A stretch of DNA of 63,672 bases, filler included, from Octopus bimaculoides (taxonomy: Eukaryota), in assembly GCF_001194135.2 (NCBI RefSeq). It is 6 parts of 6 records of this genome, joined end to end, with 100 filler letters (N's around TTAATTAATTAA, not from the genome) between each part and the next. Parts side by side here need not be neighbours in the genome. Positions count along the whole stretch, not along the records: positions 43,900 to 57,098 come from NC_068990.1; positions 57,199 to 61,221 come from NC_069004.1; positions 61,322 to 63,672 come from NW_026433215.1; 3 more parts are not named here. One strand, written 5' to 3'. Shown in pieces: positions 50,540 to 63,672 of the stretch. The first letter of the stretch is position 1, and the number at the start of each line of letters is the position of its first letter. Made by a program: the position numbers and the translations under genes. The notes beneath the pieces were generated by a model. That model did not search any database. It saw only the letters and a program-made list of their open reading frames with translations, and was not told the origin of the DNA.

Positions 50540-50965
50540 TAGATATATGTATACTTAAATATATACAGATACCTCTACGTAACATTAGACAAACATACAT
50601 ATGCACGAATAAAACAAAGAGGAAAAAGCCGCATATATCGATATATATTCATCTATCGAATACTTACTTTTACAATCATTTCATCATACACTGATTGTAA
50701 ATAAAGAGGTGTTACCCCGCAAATATAAAAAAAAGAAAGAGAAATGGTGAGAGGCTTAGAATGAAACGGAGAGAGAGTAAGAGAGAGAGAGAGACAGAGA
50801 GTGTGAGAGAAGGAGAGAGAGGAATATATTTATAAAGCGAGAGCGATCGAGAGATAGAAAGAGAGAGTGAGAAATATTGAAAAAGAGAGATAAGTGATAG
50901 AGCGAAATACCAAATGACAATAGAGAAAGAAATAGGAAAATACAGAGTGAAAGAGAAAGAGAGGA

Positions 50966-51008
<43 letters not shown>

Positions 51009-51161
51009 AATCAGTGAGTGAGTGAGTGAGTGAGTGAGCTAACGGATGTACTACTAAAAGCCGATGCGAGCCTTTAGAGAGATTAGCTGAAAACCACCCT
51101 AGCCGGGAAGAAAGGGACATAGGGAGAGATACGTCATACATGTCCATATATGAAATTGTTG

Positions 51162-51197
<36 letters not shown>

Positions 51198-52664
51198 CAC
51201 TTAAGGCCAGTGTAAACTAAAAAATAAATAAAATAATAATAAAAAATAAACAAAAAAAAAAATTATCCGAACCATTTTGCCGGAATTCTACCGCAATGGA
51301 GGAAGTAGCAGCTATGAAACCGTATATGTCTTCACCAGACCAAGTATCATTGTCGAGACGGTCGAGTGGAAAATCCACCAGGGTTTCGCCCTCAACAAAG
51401 CTCGCACGAGCCGCTGCAAAAAAGGTACGGATTATGTATGCACACAAACAACCACATACAGACACATACACACACATGTACATACATACCGGCGTGCACA
51501 AAAACACATACGTGTGCACTCACAGGTACACACACATATACATGGACATACACACACATGTACACACATGCGCGCACACACACAAACTCACAAACGCAAA
51601 CACACACGTGTCCGTATATACAAACATATATACGGATACTTTTGACCACTAGTATACAGACACGAACGTATAGAAACGCGCGCGCGCACATGCATCGATA
51701 CACATTCATACACACCACACATACGCACACATATATGTGTGTGTGTACATATATATATATATGCATGCATGTGAATTACGATACACATATATGCATACAT
51801 ACAGGGTGTCATTAAAAAAAAAAACCGTATATATATATATACATATGTCTGTGCACGTCTATGTACACATATATTGATATACACGGCCATACATTCACGT
51901 ACATACAGATACACATGTAGATTTACATGCATACAAGCTTGCACCGAAAAAGCATGCATACATACGTACATACATATGTGCATATGTACATGCATGTATA
52001 TAAATATATTTACATATATACACACTTACACGCACAGAGACACATACATACATACATACATACACACATGCATACATACATACATACATGCATACATACA
52101 CAGACAAACATATATACATACATACAGTCATACATACATACATACATACAGTGAGACCTGCCCGGTCCGATGGGAAGTATTATCTATAAGAAGAACATTA
52201 AAAATATACAAGACTTTTTTAAAGTTATAAATATCATTCTTCACTCAACTTGTTTCCCAAATTCAAGGAATGGAGAGTTTTGTCTTTCTTAGGCCACCAC
52301 CATCTTACTAGAAATTAAATAATTGCTAAAAATTATTAGGTACCAATTATGTAGACATACATGTATGCTCATAAACATAGATACATAATTAAACCACTCA
52401 TATGTATGTATGCATGTGTGTATGTATATGTATGCCATATATACATATATGTGTGTGTGTGTGAGTATACACATGCTTATATAAATATGTACTTATTTAT
52501 ACACACACATATATATCAAGGCGGTGCTCCAGCATGGCCGCAGTCAAATGACTGAAAGAAGTAAAAGGATAAAACAATATAAATATAAACATATGCATAC
52601 ACATACACAGATATATATATAATATAATATACAAACATGCAAAGATACATACATACATGCATAA

Positions 52665-52718
<54 letters not shown>

Positions 52719-53800
52719 ATATATCACATGATCATACATAAATTCATATATACATAGAAGCAGCAGGCATACGTGCATAGAAGAAGTATATGTATGTATC
52801 TATACATAAATCTTGACCGGCAAGGATTCTGCGGAAATCACCAAATGATAGGTGGATACTTACATACCTTATATAGATACAGTTATACACACACGCACAC
52901 AGACACACAAACACGCGTGCACATAAGCACGTATATATCATTACAAAATATACGCACCTGCATATCTACAACGTGTGCATTCATATATTTACATAGACAG
53001 ACATATACTTATAGAAACCGGCACACGTATAGATGCATGCATGCATTCGATCACAGACCCGTATATATTCTTACACATATATGGACATACAAATAAACAC
53101 ATACACACACACACACATGCACACACACACACACACATGTATATACACATGTATACATCTAGAGATAAAATCCACATGCATGCCGAAATATACATATATA
53201 CGTACACATGAACGTATATCCATTCAATCCATTCACAAGAACAGATGGATTTATAGATACATAGAAGCTTATAAGTATACATACACACCGGAATAGTTTT
53301 GTACATGCATACATGCTACACAAATGCCTCCTTAGATACACAGACACACACATGCATATATACACAAAATCCATACTTAGATATATATTCAATTGCATGA
53401 ATATGCGCTTAAATATACACAGATGTGCAAACGTACACACATACATAAATATATATATATATATACGTACACACACTTAAAAGAATAAGAACCAACACAC
53501 ATATATACATGTACGTACGCACATACACTTAGATNNNNNNNNNNAACGTACACACATACATAAATATATATATATATATACACGTACATACATACCTACA
53601 GACATACACACAGGCTTACACATTCATATATGCATATACACGAACGTACGTAAGCCTACATACTTGTATACATGTGTGTGTGTATAGATATATGCACACA
53701 CACACACATATATACATATATTTATACACACATGTGTGTGCACATAACACTCTCATTAGACATACTTTATTAAATCTCTTTTATTTTATAAATATTTAAA
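46560..53800. repeat. Region dominated by compound microsatellites (TA, CA, GA, TAGA, TACA)
   Basis: Directly visible dinucleotide and tetranucleotide arrays with short unique islands. Confidence 0.85.
51296..51424 (+). CDS. Candidate isolated coding exon of an unidentified gene (MEEVAAMKPYMSSPDQVSLSRRSSGKSTRVSPSTKLARAAAKK)
   Basis: GC-richer unique island; ATG in GCAATGG context, donor AAG|GTACGG. An antisense exon model (51292-51413) is also possible. Confidence 0.4.
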
Positions 53801-54545
53801 CACCTTTTCAAAAATAATTTCTTGAATTGTAACATTTTATGATGTTTTTGTATTGTTGTTTTCGCCGTGTTCTTGTTGATTAAACTGTCGTTGATTCATT
53901 ATTTTCATTATTGGTCAGCCACCGGTCAAGCAATGATCAACAGATCTTTATGGGAAAATTACGTTCCAATCGTGACCAACCGTAGTGAAGCTTAACGTGT
54001 TTAAAAGTGAATCAGCTTCTATATAACCTAAGTGAACTGGAGACGTTTGTATGTAATTTGAGACAGGCTTGGTTGTTATTTCAGGCATATCGTGTGACCT
54101 CATACAGGCTCACTTGCAGACTAGTTGAGTGTTTGGTTCATTAGCTAGTGATTTCGTCCGACCCGGCTAAGTAGCGGTTTAGCAAACATACGATGAAAGG
54201 CGTTCCAAAGGTGACCATTACATCTTTAAAATTCCCATTTTTTATTCTGTACATTATAGAATGTGTCCTTGTAAAAATACAAAAGAATAAAATTTGAATT
54301 GAATGTGATTTAACTGCTATTTCAGGGAGACAACGGGCTTCACTACAGTACATGGTTAGTTGTTGTTGGTGTTGTTGTTGGTGTTGTTGTTGGTGTTGTT
54401 GTTGGTGTTGTCGCTGTTGTTATTTATCTCCAAGGCAACCCTGACTGAAAGGAGTTTGATCAAACACTTCAAACCATGTTTTTAAAGAATTTATTCTAAA
54501 AATGAGAGAACAATATAATTATTATTATTATTATTATTATCATCA

Positions 54546-54608
<63 letters not shown>

Positions 54609-54714
54609 GAATAAATCATTATTAATAAAAGAAATCATAATCGTCATCGTGAACATCTTCCGCGTCATCATTCATCCTCATCATCATCATCGTCGTCGTC
54701 GTCGTCGTCGTCGA

Positions 54715-54761
<47 letters not shown>

Positions 54762-56423
54762 TCATCATCATCATCACTAACACAACCGACCCCTCCCCCT
54801 CCGACCACCATCATCATGGTCGTCCTCATCAGTATTATCATCATCATCATCACCATCGTTATTATTAATATCATCGTTGATAAATATGTGGCAGTACATT
54901 GTACGAGGCATCTTGCTGCAGGTCAACGACCAACGACCACATACGGACACACATACACACACACACACGCACACACATTTACACACGCACACATACATGC
55001 ACCTGTCCACACGTGCGCGGCCTCGCGGCAGTCCTTATTGTTATATCCTTGGTCAGCACCGATAAAGCATATTTCTAAACTAAATCACATCCCGCCGTGC
55101 CGATCACCACGACAGAATATATATCTAGCCTCACACTACGGTACGGTGCAATTCGACAAACATTTGGCTGCTATTTCTAGCGGATCGAACGACCACGTAG
55201 ATTTCGCCACGTTTGGCTCGTTGATTCTGTATAGGCGGTGGCCTGTTAGCTTCTTGTTGCTGTAGGTTTTCACTGCTGTCGTCATCAGCGGTAACGCTAT
55301 TGTTGTTGTTGCTGTTGTTGTTATTGTTGTTATGTATATTGTTGCTCTTCACTTTGTTTTCACTGGATCACGTTTTCTTAACTTTGTGTGTGTTCAGAGG
55401 ACAGAACCGACCCAGCATATGGGGACACTTTGTTAGATAAAATGAAAACATAGAAATGGAAATATAAAAAATAAAGTCAATACTGTCACACGCATGCTTA
55501 TACATACATACATACATAAATATATAAATAAATAAATATATATATATATATATGTATGTATATACATATATATATATTTCTGTGTATCTGCATTTGCATA
55601 CGTATCATCTATCTATCTATCTATCTGGCTAGCTGTCTATTATCTGCGTGTCCGTCCGTCTATCCGCCTGTCTATCTCTCTGTCTATTTATCTATCCACA
55701 CACACACACACACACACTGGTTGTATTAAACGGGGGTAGATCTAACACTCCGCCCTGCTTAACACCTTCACCTTCTTCGTTTATAGAGGATCGCATTCTT
55801 TTACGATTAGTGAGTGATTCACGCCAGGCTCCTATTTAAGAATAACTCCCCATGTTTATCCCACATATCCCATAATCCTTGAATACCCTGAAAAAGTAAA
55901 TCGCAAGGGCGTGCCCTTTTGCAGAGCACGAAAGCAGTGCAAAACACTAAAAGAAAAATGTGGATCTTAATTGAACGTGATAGAACGGTACCAATGATTG
56001 ATGTTGTCATATTTGGCGATGTATCATGACGGCAAAGTCAGGAGTTTTAAGACAGGGGCTGATTTTTTTTTTTTTGAAATGTGCTGACAACAAATGACAT
56101 GTAGTTTGCATGTGATGTATGTGACATAGAACACACTTGACACGGGCTGTCTTGAGGCAAACAACACGTTTACGTACACATAAAGACAATCTCTTGCACT
56201 CGTAGTCTTTATCCCCCCTCTCTCTCTCTCTCTTTCTATCTCTCTCTCTCTTTCTCTCTCTCTTTGCGTGTGTGTATGTATGTATGTACACGTAAAACAG
56301 AAAATAGAGAGAAAGAGAGAGATAGAGAGAGAGAGAGAGTGAGAGAGCGTCAGATTGATAGATGGCTTTGTATATATGTATATATATATACATAAATCTA
56401 TCTATAAATCTATCTATCTATCC

Positions 56424-56477
<54 letters not shown>

Positions 56478-57040
56478 TTTTCTTTCTTTCTTTCTTTCTA
56501 ATTCTCTCCTCCAACTCTCTCTCTATATATATGATATACATAATACATACATATACTGTATACATGCATATTTATATATGTATGTATGTATTAATATATG
56601 TGTGTAAGCTAGACTTACACATACACACACACACGCACACATACATATCTATATGCTTAGCTCACACACACAGAGAGACACGCAGAGATATACACGTGCT
56701 CGTCTGAAACATACAACGCATCATTAACTGTTGAGAGAAGCTTCTACACGATCGATCTTCACAAGTTAGAAATACCAACGAAAATCGCTCTCACACCACA
56801 AAGATTCTCTTAAAACAATAAACAAATGAATCTGAACGTAACCTTAGAAGCAGTAGTTGTGATTACACAAAAAAAAATACGTGATGGATGGTTAAAAGCA
56901 GAAAGCGTAACGGTTTTTGATCATTTATCAGCTCCATCAGAGCTGACAGAGAAAGAAAAATTAAGAAGACGACACATACAACACATGCATGGACACTTTA
57001 AAAGAAACATGCACAAACACACACGCATACAAGTGAATAC

Positions 57041-57098
<58 letters not shown>

Positions 57099-57198
57099 NN
57101 NNNNNNNNNNNNNNNNNNNNNNNNNNNNNNNNNNNNNNNNNNTTAATTAATTAANNNNNNNNNNNNNNNNNNNNNNNNNNNNNNNNNNNNNNNNNNNN
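57099..57198. other. Artificial assembly linker
   Basis: N44-TTAATTAATTAA(57143-57154)-N44. Confidence 0.95.
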
Positions 57199-57242
<44 letters not shown>

Positions 57243-57261
57243 GTATGTACACATATGTATA

Positions 57262-57299
<38 letters not shown>

Positions 57300-58109
57300 G
57301 TATATATATACATATATACATACAGACACACACACACACACACACACACATATAACACGTATATATCGTATAAATTATATTCCACTACCATCCTCAGTAC
57401 ATTCACTTGTGGTGTGTCAGCGTGTATGTGTATGAGTGTGTGTGTATATATATGCATATGAGTATGTGTGTATGTATGTTTTTATGTATGCAGACAGAAA
57501 GAGAAAGCGAGTGGGAGAGAGAGAGAAAGAGAGAGAGAAAGAGATAGAGAGAGAGTGTGTGTGAGATAGCTGCATGCATACAAAGATTTATGTCTATGTA
57601 TACGTATATCATTATATTCCTACATGCATAGATAAACATATAGACACATATATTTTGCCATCTATGTGTACATATTTGTGCTTAAGAAACGGAATTAATA
57701 TGAAAAGAAAATGGCGAACGAAACGAGACAAAATTTGTTTTAACGCCTTCCATTGAAAAATAAGCATTTTGTATTGGCGTTTTATTGTTTATTTGTACAA
57801 TCATTTCCCATTTGGACAATGTCAGTTTGTAATGTTCATATTTTATATTTTTTCCTTCTTTCCTTTTTTCTTTTTTTGNNNNNNNNNNNNNNNNNNNNNN
57901 NNNNNNNNNNNNNNNNNNNNNNNNNNNNNNNNNNNNNNNNNNNNNNNNNNNNNNNNNNNNNNNNNNNNNNNNNNNNNNNNNNNNNNNNNNNNNNNNNNNN
58001 NNNNNNNNNNNNNNNNNNNNNNNNNNNNNNNNNNNNNNNNNNNNNNNNNNNNNNNNNNNNNNNNNNNNNNNNNNNNNNNNNNNNNNNNNNNNNNNNNNNN
58101 NNNNNNNNN

Positions 58110-58149
<40 letters not shown>

Positions 58150-58828
58150 CATACACGTGTGTGTGTATGTGTGTGTGTGTGTGTGTGTGTGTAGAAAGAG
58201 AGAGAGAGATAAATAGACAGTCACATACATATAGATGGATTGATGGATGGAGATAGATAGATAAGGTTTAAATTGCGATAGTTAGAAAGCCAATTCAATG
58301 CAAATTGAAACATAGGAATGAAAATTGAAGCAAGGAAGAGAACAAGGAGGAGGAGGCCGGCTAAAAGGTAGATTGTTGGGATATCTGGTACAAACATGTA
58401 GAGAGAAAACTACATCTCAAAGAAAATGGTGTCTATTCTCTATTCTGTCTTAACGTAGAGTTAAGGGGAATCTTCAATTAAATATGGTTTGGGTTTAGAA
58501 TCACCTCTCACCAGGTTTCCTATTTAAACTTTGTGGGTTCATAAAATAACCAGCGCCCGATAGACGTACTTGTCATGTGTGTGAAACTATTAATTGTGTG
58601 TGTAATACACGTGGAGTGAAAGAGACACACATATATACATTTGTTAATATATGTCTATATATATATATAGGTATATATAGGTATATATATATATTAATGT
58701 ATATATATAGATGCAGATGTATATATACATACAGATATATACATATATACACACAAATGCATATATATCCAAACTTACATACCCATATATGAAAGCATTG
58801 TATTTCCATATTAAGATATGTACTTATA

Positions 58829-58912
<84 letters not shown>

Positions 58913-58991
58913 CATTTCAATAATTGTGAATTCACAATTGTTTCCTCAGTAAACTCTCATTCCCCTACCACTGACTCCTATTTTTTTACAG

Positions 58992-59015
58992 CTCTATGAT
59001 ATGGTCTTAGAAATG
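58992..59015 (+). CDS. Candidate 24-nt microexon (LYDMVLEM)
   Basis: Branch-point CTGAC (58971-58975), T-tract, ACAG|, 24 nt open only in phase 0, then ATG|GTAAGA. Confidence 0.4.
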
Positions 59016-59330
59016 GTAAGACGATTCCAAGAAATACTGCAGTGGAATTTTTAGCAGCATCTGCAATGGACACTTGCTTAGGAAATTTTTGAATAATAAA
59101 AATAACAAGAAATTGGCTCGACGCCATTTTTCGGACATTTTGTATAAAGTTAATTTGTGAATTTCTATATGTTTGTGTTGGTATGTCTGTATTTCTATTT
59201 ATTTGTGTGCACGCGTATGTTTAATTGTGTGCGTGTATTTGTGTTCGCCTGTATGTGCATAACTATGTATATATGTGTATGTTTTGCATGGTCGAATGGT
59301 GCGTGTATATATTTGTGTGACTCTAATATA

Positions 59331-59369
<39 letters not shown>

Positions 59370-59803
59370 TATAATATATATATAATATATATATAATATA
59401 ATATAATATATATATAATATAATATAATATATATATAATATAATATAATATATATATAATATAATATAGATATAATGTAATACATATGCATTTATATATA
59501 TGCATGCAGATAGTTAAATAGATAGATAGATAGATACACACATACATACATATATACATACATACATACATATGTTGTACATGTTTACATACGTACNNNN
59601 NNNNNNGTTTACATACGTACGTACATATGTAGGCGTATGTATGTGCGTATACATATTTGTGTGTGTATATACATATGTGTGCGTATAGATATAATATCTT
59701 AGTCATATGGATCTATGTCTTTCTATACATATATAATTAAAGCCTGTGTCACTCTATACATGCAAATATCTATATAAGTGTATGTAAGTATGTATATATG
59801 TAT

Positions 59804-59856
<53 letters not shown>

Positions 59857-60139
59857 CATGTATTGTGTGTTATGTATTCATAAATCTTGTATCATTTATC
59901 TTTTACTTGTTTCACTCATTAGACTACGACCGAGCTGGGGCACCGCCTTCAAGAATTTTAGTGCGATAGATCGATAAAAAAATCCAGCTGAATTATAAAT
60001 GTTAAAAGGAAAGAAATATTATTATATAGATATGTATGTATGTATACGACGGGTTTCATTCAGTTTCCGTACACAATTTTTCTCAACGGATGCAGCCAAT
60101 CAACGCGACTGGTTTAATTTTTTCAGTATACTTCCGCCA

Positions 60140-60625
60140 AGACGACGATCCAATCATCCTCAAAATAACACCAGCTCTCCTGCCAAGAAACTGCACCTGG
60201 ATGGGCACGGGGTCCTGGCCGCCGTGCGGAGCTTCCTCTCGACCAGAAGTACATACACATCTCCGCGTGAATCTACTGCCAAAGACTTCGGATAGCATCC
60301 AATCTCTTCTTTGCCGAGATGAAAACCTTCCCCACTCCACTCTGAAGGATACCATTAAAAGTAGCCATGATACTTTCAATTTCCTCTCGCAGCTGTAACC
60401 TGCTCTTCTTCGCTCACAGCTAATATAACTGTATTTCCCATCGCTGTTGAAACCTCCAGAACCCTCGGTTCCCGGATAACGCGTTCCTCCTAGGTCCGGA
60501 TTAGGGTGTCGCGCCTGACACTAAGCTCTGTTAGGTGGAATGGTTTCCGCTTCAGATATTGGTTGGATGTTCTTCCTGGCAACGTTTCCGCTAGATTGGC
60601 AGAGCTGACATAAATTGTTCAATAG
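60140..60625 (+). mobile_element. Possible decayed CRE-like non-LTR retrotransposon C-terminus
   Basis: GC-richer island with fragments RRAELPLDQKY, VFPIAVETSRTLG and LDVLPGNVSARL, weakly resembling the AE..K..KY / F.PIAVETLG / QRGNAA motifs of CRE RLE domains. Confidence 0.3.
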
Positions 60626-61078
60626 AGGATTCAACAATGGATGCTGTGGTTTGTTCTCTCGGTTTTGTTTTTGCTATGAACATGCAATTTCTGAATAAAA
60701 TTCTGCTATTTATATCTATTATTTCAGTAATATTTCTTTATTTTTGGTTTTACATACTATACTATATTTAACCAGAAATATCTAAAAGAAAAAAAAATGT
60801 ATAGCTATATACCTGTGTATTAAGGTGTGTGTGTGTGTGTGGGGGAGAGAGAGAGAGAGAGAGAGAGAGAGCAAGCAATGGATTTCATTTTACGAGTTAC
60901 TGATTACAAAAATTCCCCACAAAACCTTAGCTCTCCTCGCATGTGACATGTCAAACAAAGTTAGGGCAGGTACTTAATATGTGAATAACTTGCCAATAAT
61001 AATAATAACAATAACAATAATAAAATAATAATAATAAGAAGAAGAAGAAGAAGAAGAACAAGAACAACAATAATAATG

Positions 61079-61124
<46 letters not shown>

Positions 61125-61221
61125 TAATAAGCAACAGTTTGAAAAGAAAGGAAAGTCTGTCCAATCTTCATTCCTTTTTCCTTGGTAAACATTAATAAGA
61201 CAATACAGACTGTACTTATTT

Positions 61222-61321
61222 NNNNNNNNNNNNNNNNNNNNNNNNNNNNNNNNNNNNNNNNNNNNTTAATTAATTAANNNNNNNNNNNNNNNNNNNNNNN
61301 NNNNNNNNNNNNNNNNNNNNN
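61222..61321. other. Artificial assembly linker
   Basis: N44-TTAATTAATTAA(61266-61277)-N44. Confidence 0.95.
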
Positions 61322-63672
61322 ACGAACGTATGAAGGAAAGAACGAACCTAGGAAGGAAAGAACGAACGTAGTAAAGAACGGGCAAACGTAGGAACGAACG
61401 AACGAACGAACGAACGTAGGACTCAAAGAACGAACGTAGGAAGGAAAGAACGAACGTAGAAAGGAAAGAACGAACGTAGGAACGAACGAAGGAACGTAGG
61501 AAGGAAAGAACAAACGTAGGAAGGAAAGAACAGCGTAGGAAGGAACGTAGGAACGAAAGAATGAACGTAGGAAGGAAAGAACGAACGTAGGAAGGAACGA
61601 ACGGACGTAGGAAAGAAAGAACAAACGTAGGAAGGAAAGAACGAACGNNNNNNNNNNNNNNNNNNNNNNNNNNNNNNNNNNNNNNNNNNNNNNNNNNNNN
61701 NNNNNNNNNNNNNNNNNNNNNNNNNNNNNNNNNNNNNNNNNNNNNNNNNNNNNNNNNNNNNNNNNNNNNNNNNNNNNNNNNNNNNNNNNNNNNNNNNNNN
61801 NNNNNNNNNNNNNNNNNNNNNNNNNNNNNNNNNNNNNNNNNNNNNNNNNNNNNNNNNNNNNNNNNNNNNNNNNNNNNNNNNNNNNNNNNNNNNNNNNNNN
61901 NNNNNNNNNNNNNNNNNNNNNNNNNNNNNNNNNNNNNNNNNNNNNNNNNNNNNNNNNNNNNNNNNNNNNNNNNNNNNNNNNNNNNNNNNNNNNNNNNNNN
62001 NNNNNNNNNNNNNNNNNNNNNNNNNNNNNNNNNNNNNNNNNNNNNNNNNNNNNNNNNNNNNNNNNNNNNNNNNNNNNNNNNNNNNNNNNNNNNNNNNNNN
62101 NNNNNNNNNNNNNNNNNNNNNNNNNNNNNNNNNNNNNNNNNNNNCGTAGGAACGAACGATTGAACGTAGGAAGCAAAGAAAGAACGTAGGAAGGAAAGAA
62201 TGAACGTAGGACGGAAAGAACGAACGTAGGAATGAACGAACGAACGTACGAAGGAAAGAACAACGTAGGAAGGAATGTAGGAACGAACGAACGAACGTAG
62301 GAAGTAAAGAACGAACGTAGGAAGGAAAGAACGACCGTAGGAAGGATAAAACGAACGTAGAATGGAAAGACCGAACGTAGGAACGAACGAACGAACGAAC
62401 GTAGGAAGGAAAGAACGAACGTAGGAAGGAAAGAACGAACGTAGGAAGGAAAGAACGAACGTAGGAACGAACGAGCAAACGTATGAACGAACGAACAAAC
62501 GTAGGACTCAATGAACGAACGTAGGAAGGAAAGAACGAACGTAGGAACGAACGAAGGAACGTATGAAGGAAAGAACGAACGTAGGAAGGAAAGAACGAAC
62601 GTAGGAAGGAAAGAACGAACGTAGGAACGAACGAGCAAACGTAGGAACGAACGAACGAACGTACGACTCAAAGAACGAACGTAGGAAAGAAAGAAAGAAC
62701 GTAGAAAGGAAAGAACGAACGTAGGAACGAACGAAGGAACGTTGGAAGGAAAGAACGAACGTAGGAAGGAAAGAACAGCGTAGGAAGGAACGTAGGTAAG
62801 AACGAATGAACGTAGGAAGGAAAGAACGAACGTAGGAAGGAAAGAAAAACGTCGGAAGAAAGGTAGGAAAGAACGAACGGACGTAGGAAGGAAAGAACTA
62901 ACGTAGGAATGAAAGAACGAACGTAGGAAGGAACGAACGGACGTAGGAAGGAAAGAACAAACGTAGGAAGGAAAGAACGACCGTAGGAAGGAACGAACGA
63001 ACGTAGGAACGAAAGAATGAACGTAGGAAGGAAAGAAATCACGTAGGAAGGAAAGAACGAACGTAGGAACGAACGAACGAACGTACGAAGGAAAGAACGA
63101 ACGTAGGAAAGAAAGAACGAAAGTAGGAACGAACAAATGAACGTAGGAAGGAAAGAATGAACGTAGGAAGGAAAAGAACGAACGTAGGAAGGAAAGAACG
63201 AACGTAGGAACGAACGAATGAACGTAGGAAGGAAAGAATGAACGTAGGAAGGAAAGAACGAACGTAGGAAGGAAAGAACGAACCTAGGAAGGCAAGAACG
63301 ATCGTAGGAACGAAGGAATGACCGTAGGAAGGAAAGAAGGAACGTAGGAAGGAAAGAACGAACGTAGGAAGGAAAGAACGAACGTAGGAACAAACGAACG
63401 AACGTAGGAACAAACGAACGAACGTAGAGGGGAAATAACGAACCAAGGAATGTTAGAACGAACGTAGGAAGGAAAGAACGAACGTAGAAAGGAAAGAACG
63501 AACGTAGGAAGGAAAGAACGAACGTAGAAAGGAAAGAACGAACGTACGAACGAACGAACGTAGGAAGGAAAGAACAACATAGGAAGGAACGTAGGAACGA
63601 ACGAACGAACGAACGTAGGAAAGAAAGAGCGAACGTTGGAAGGAAAGAACGAACGCAGGAAGGAAAGAACGA
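61322..63672. repeat. Complex minisatellite, main unit GAACGAACGTAGGAAGGAAA (20 bp) with variant units
   Basis: Tandem array visible to the window end, built from 4-nt modules; internal gap 61648-62143. Confidence 0.97.

Noticed and set aside
169-59969. Numerous ORFs made of poly-X, YI, HT, CV, LSIY, poly-I or poly-N
   Set aside because: Translations of N gaps and di-, tri- or tetranucleotide microsatellites.
61266-63580. Long minus-strand ORFs (up to 620 aa) of FVLSFLRSFFPSYVRS repeats
   Set aside because: By-product of a satellite with few stops on that strand; open in several frames and spanning N gaps.
61322-63672. Possible CRISPR-like array
   Set aside because: No unique spacers; purely tandem monomers in a eukaryotic context.

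Overview
Eukaryotic, AT-rich, microsatellite-saturated draft genomic DNA. The SINE families and repeat landscape look cephalopod (octopus-like); this is inferred, not proven. The window is six segments joined by identical artificial 100-bp linkers (N44-TTAATTAATTAA-N44), with many internal N gaps. One complete protein-coding gene can be built by hand: an 8-exon, + strand gene (24722-32801, all GT-AG, phases consistent) encoding a 348-aa medium-chain dehydrogenase/reductase (alcohol-dehydrogenase-like). It keeps the NAD-binding Rossmann motif but appears to have lost two of three catalytic zinc ligands and the whole structural-zinc lobe. The rest is mostly mobile-element debris: several tRNA-derived SINE families, three R4/Dong-clade LINE fragments, a Tx1/L1-like relic, a full-length decayed mariner with a nested hAT-like MITE, and Tc1/mariner, piggyBac-like and foldback MITEs. 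Also present are a 359-bp near-perfect palindrome centred on a partial hammerhead-ribozyme motif, two isolated exon candidates (one a 24-nt microexon) and a terminal GAAC/GTAG/GAAG/GAAA satellite with higher-order structure. No rRNA, true tRNA gene or CRISPR array is supported. Family assignments come from my own translations and recalled motifs, not database searches.
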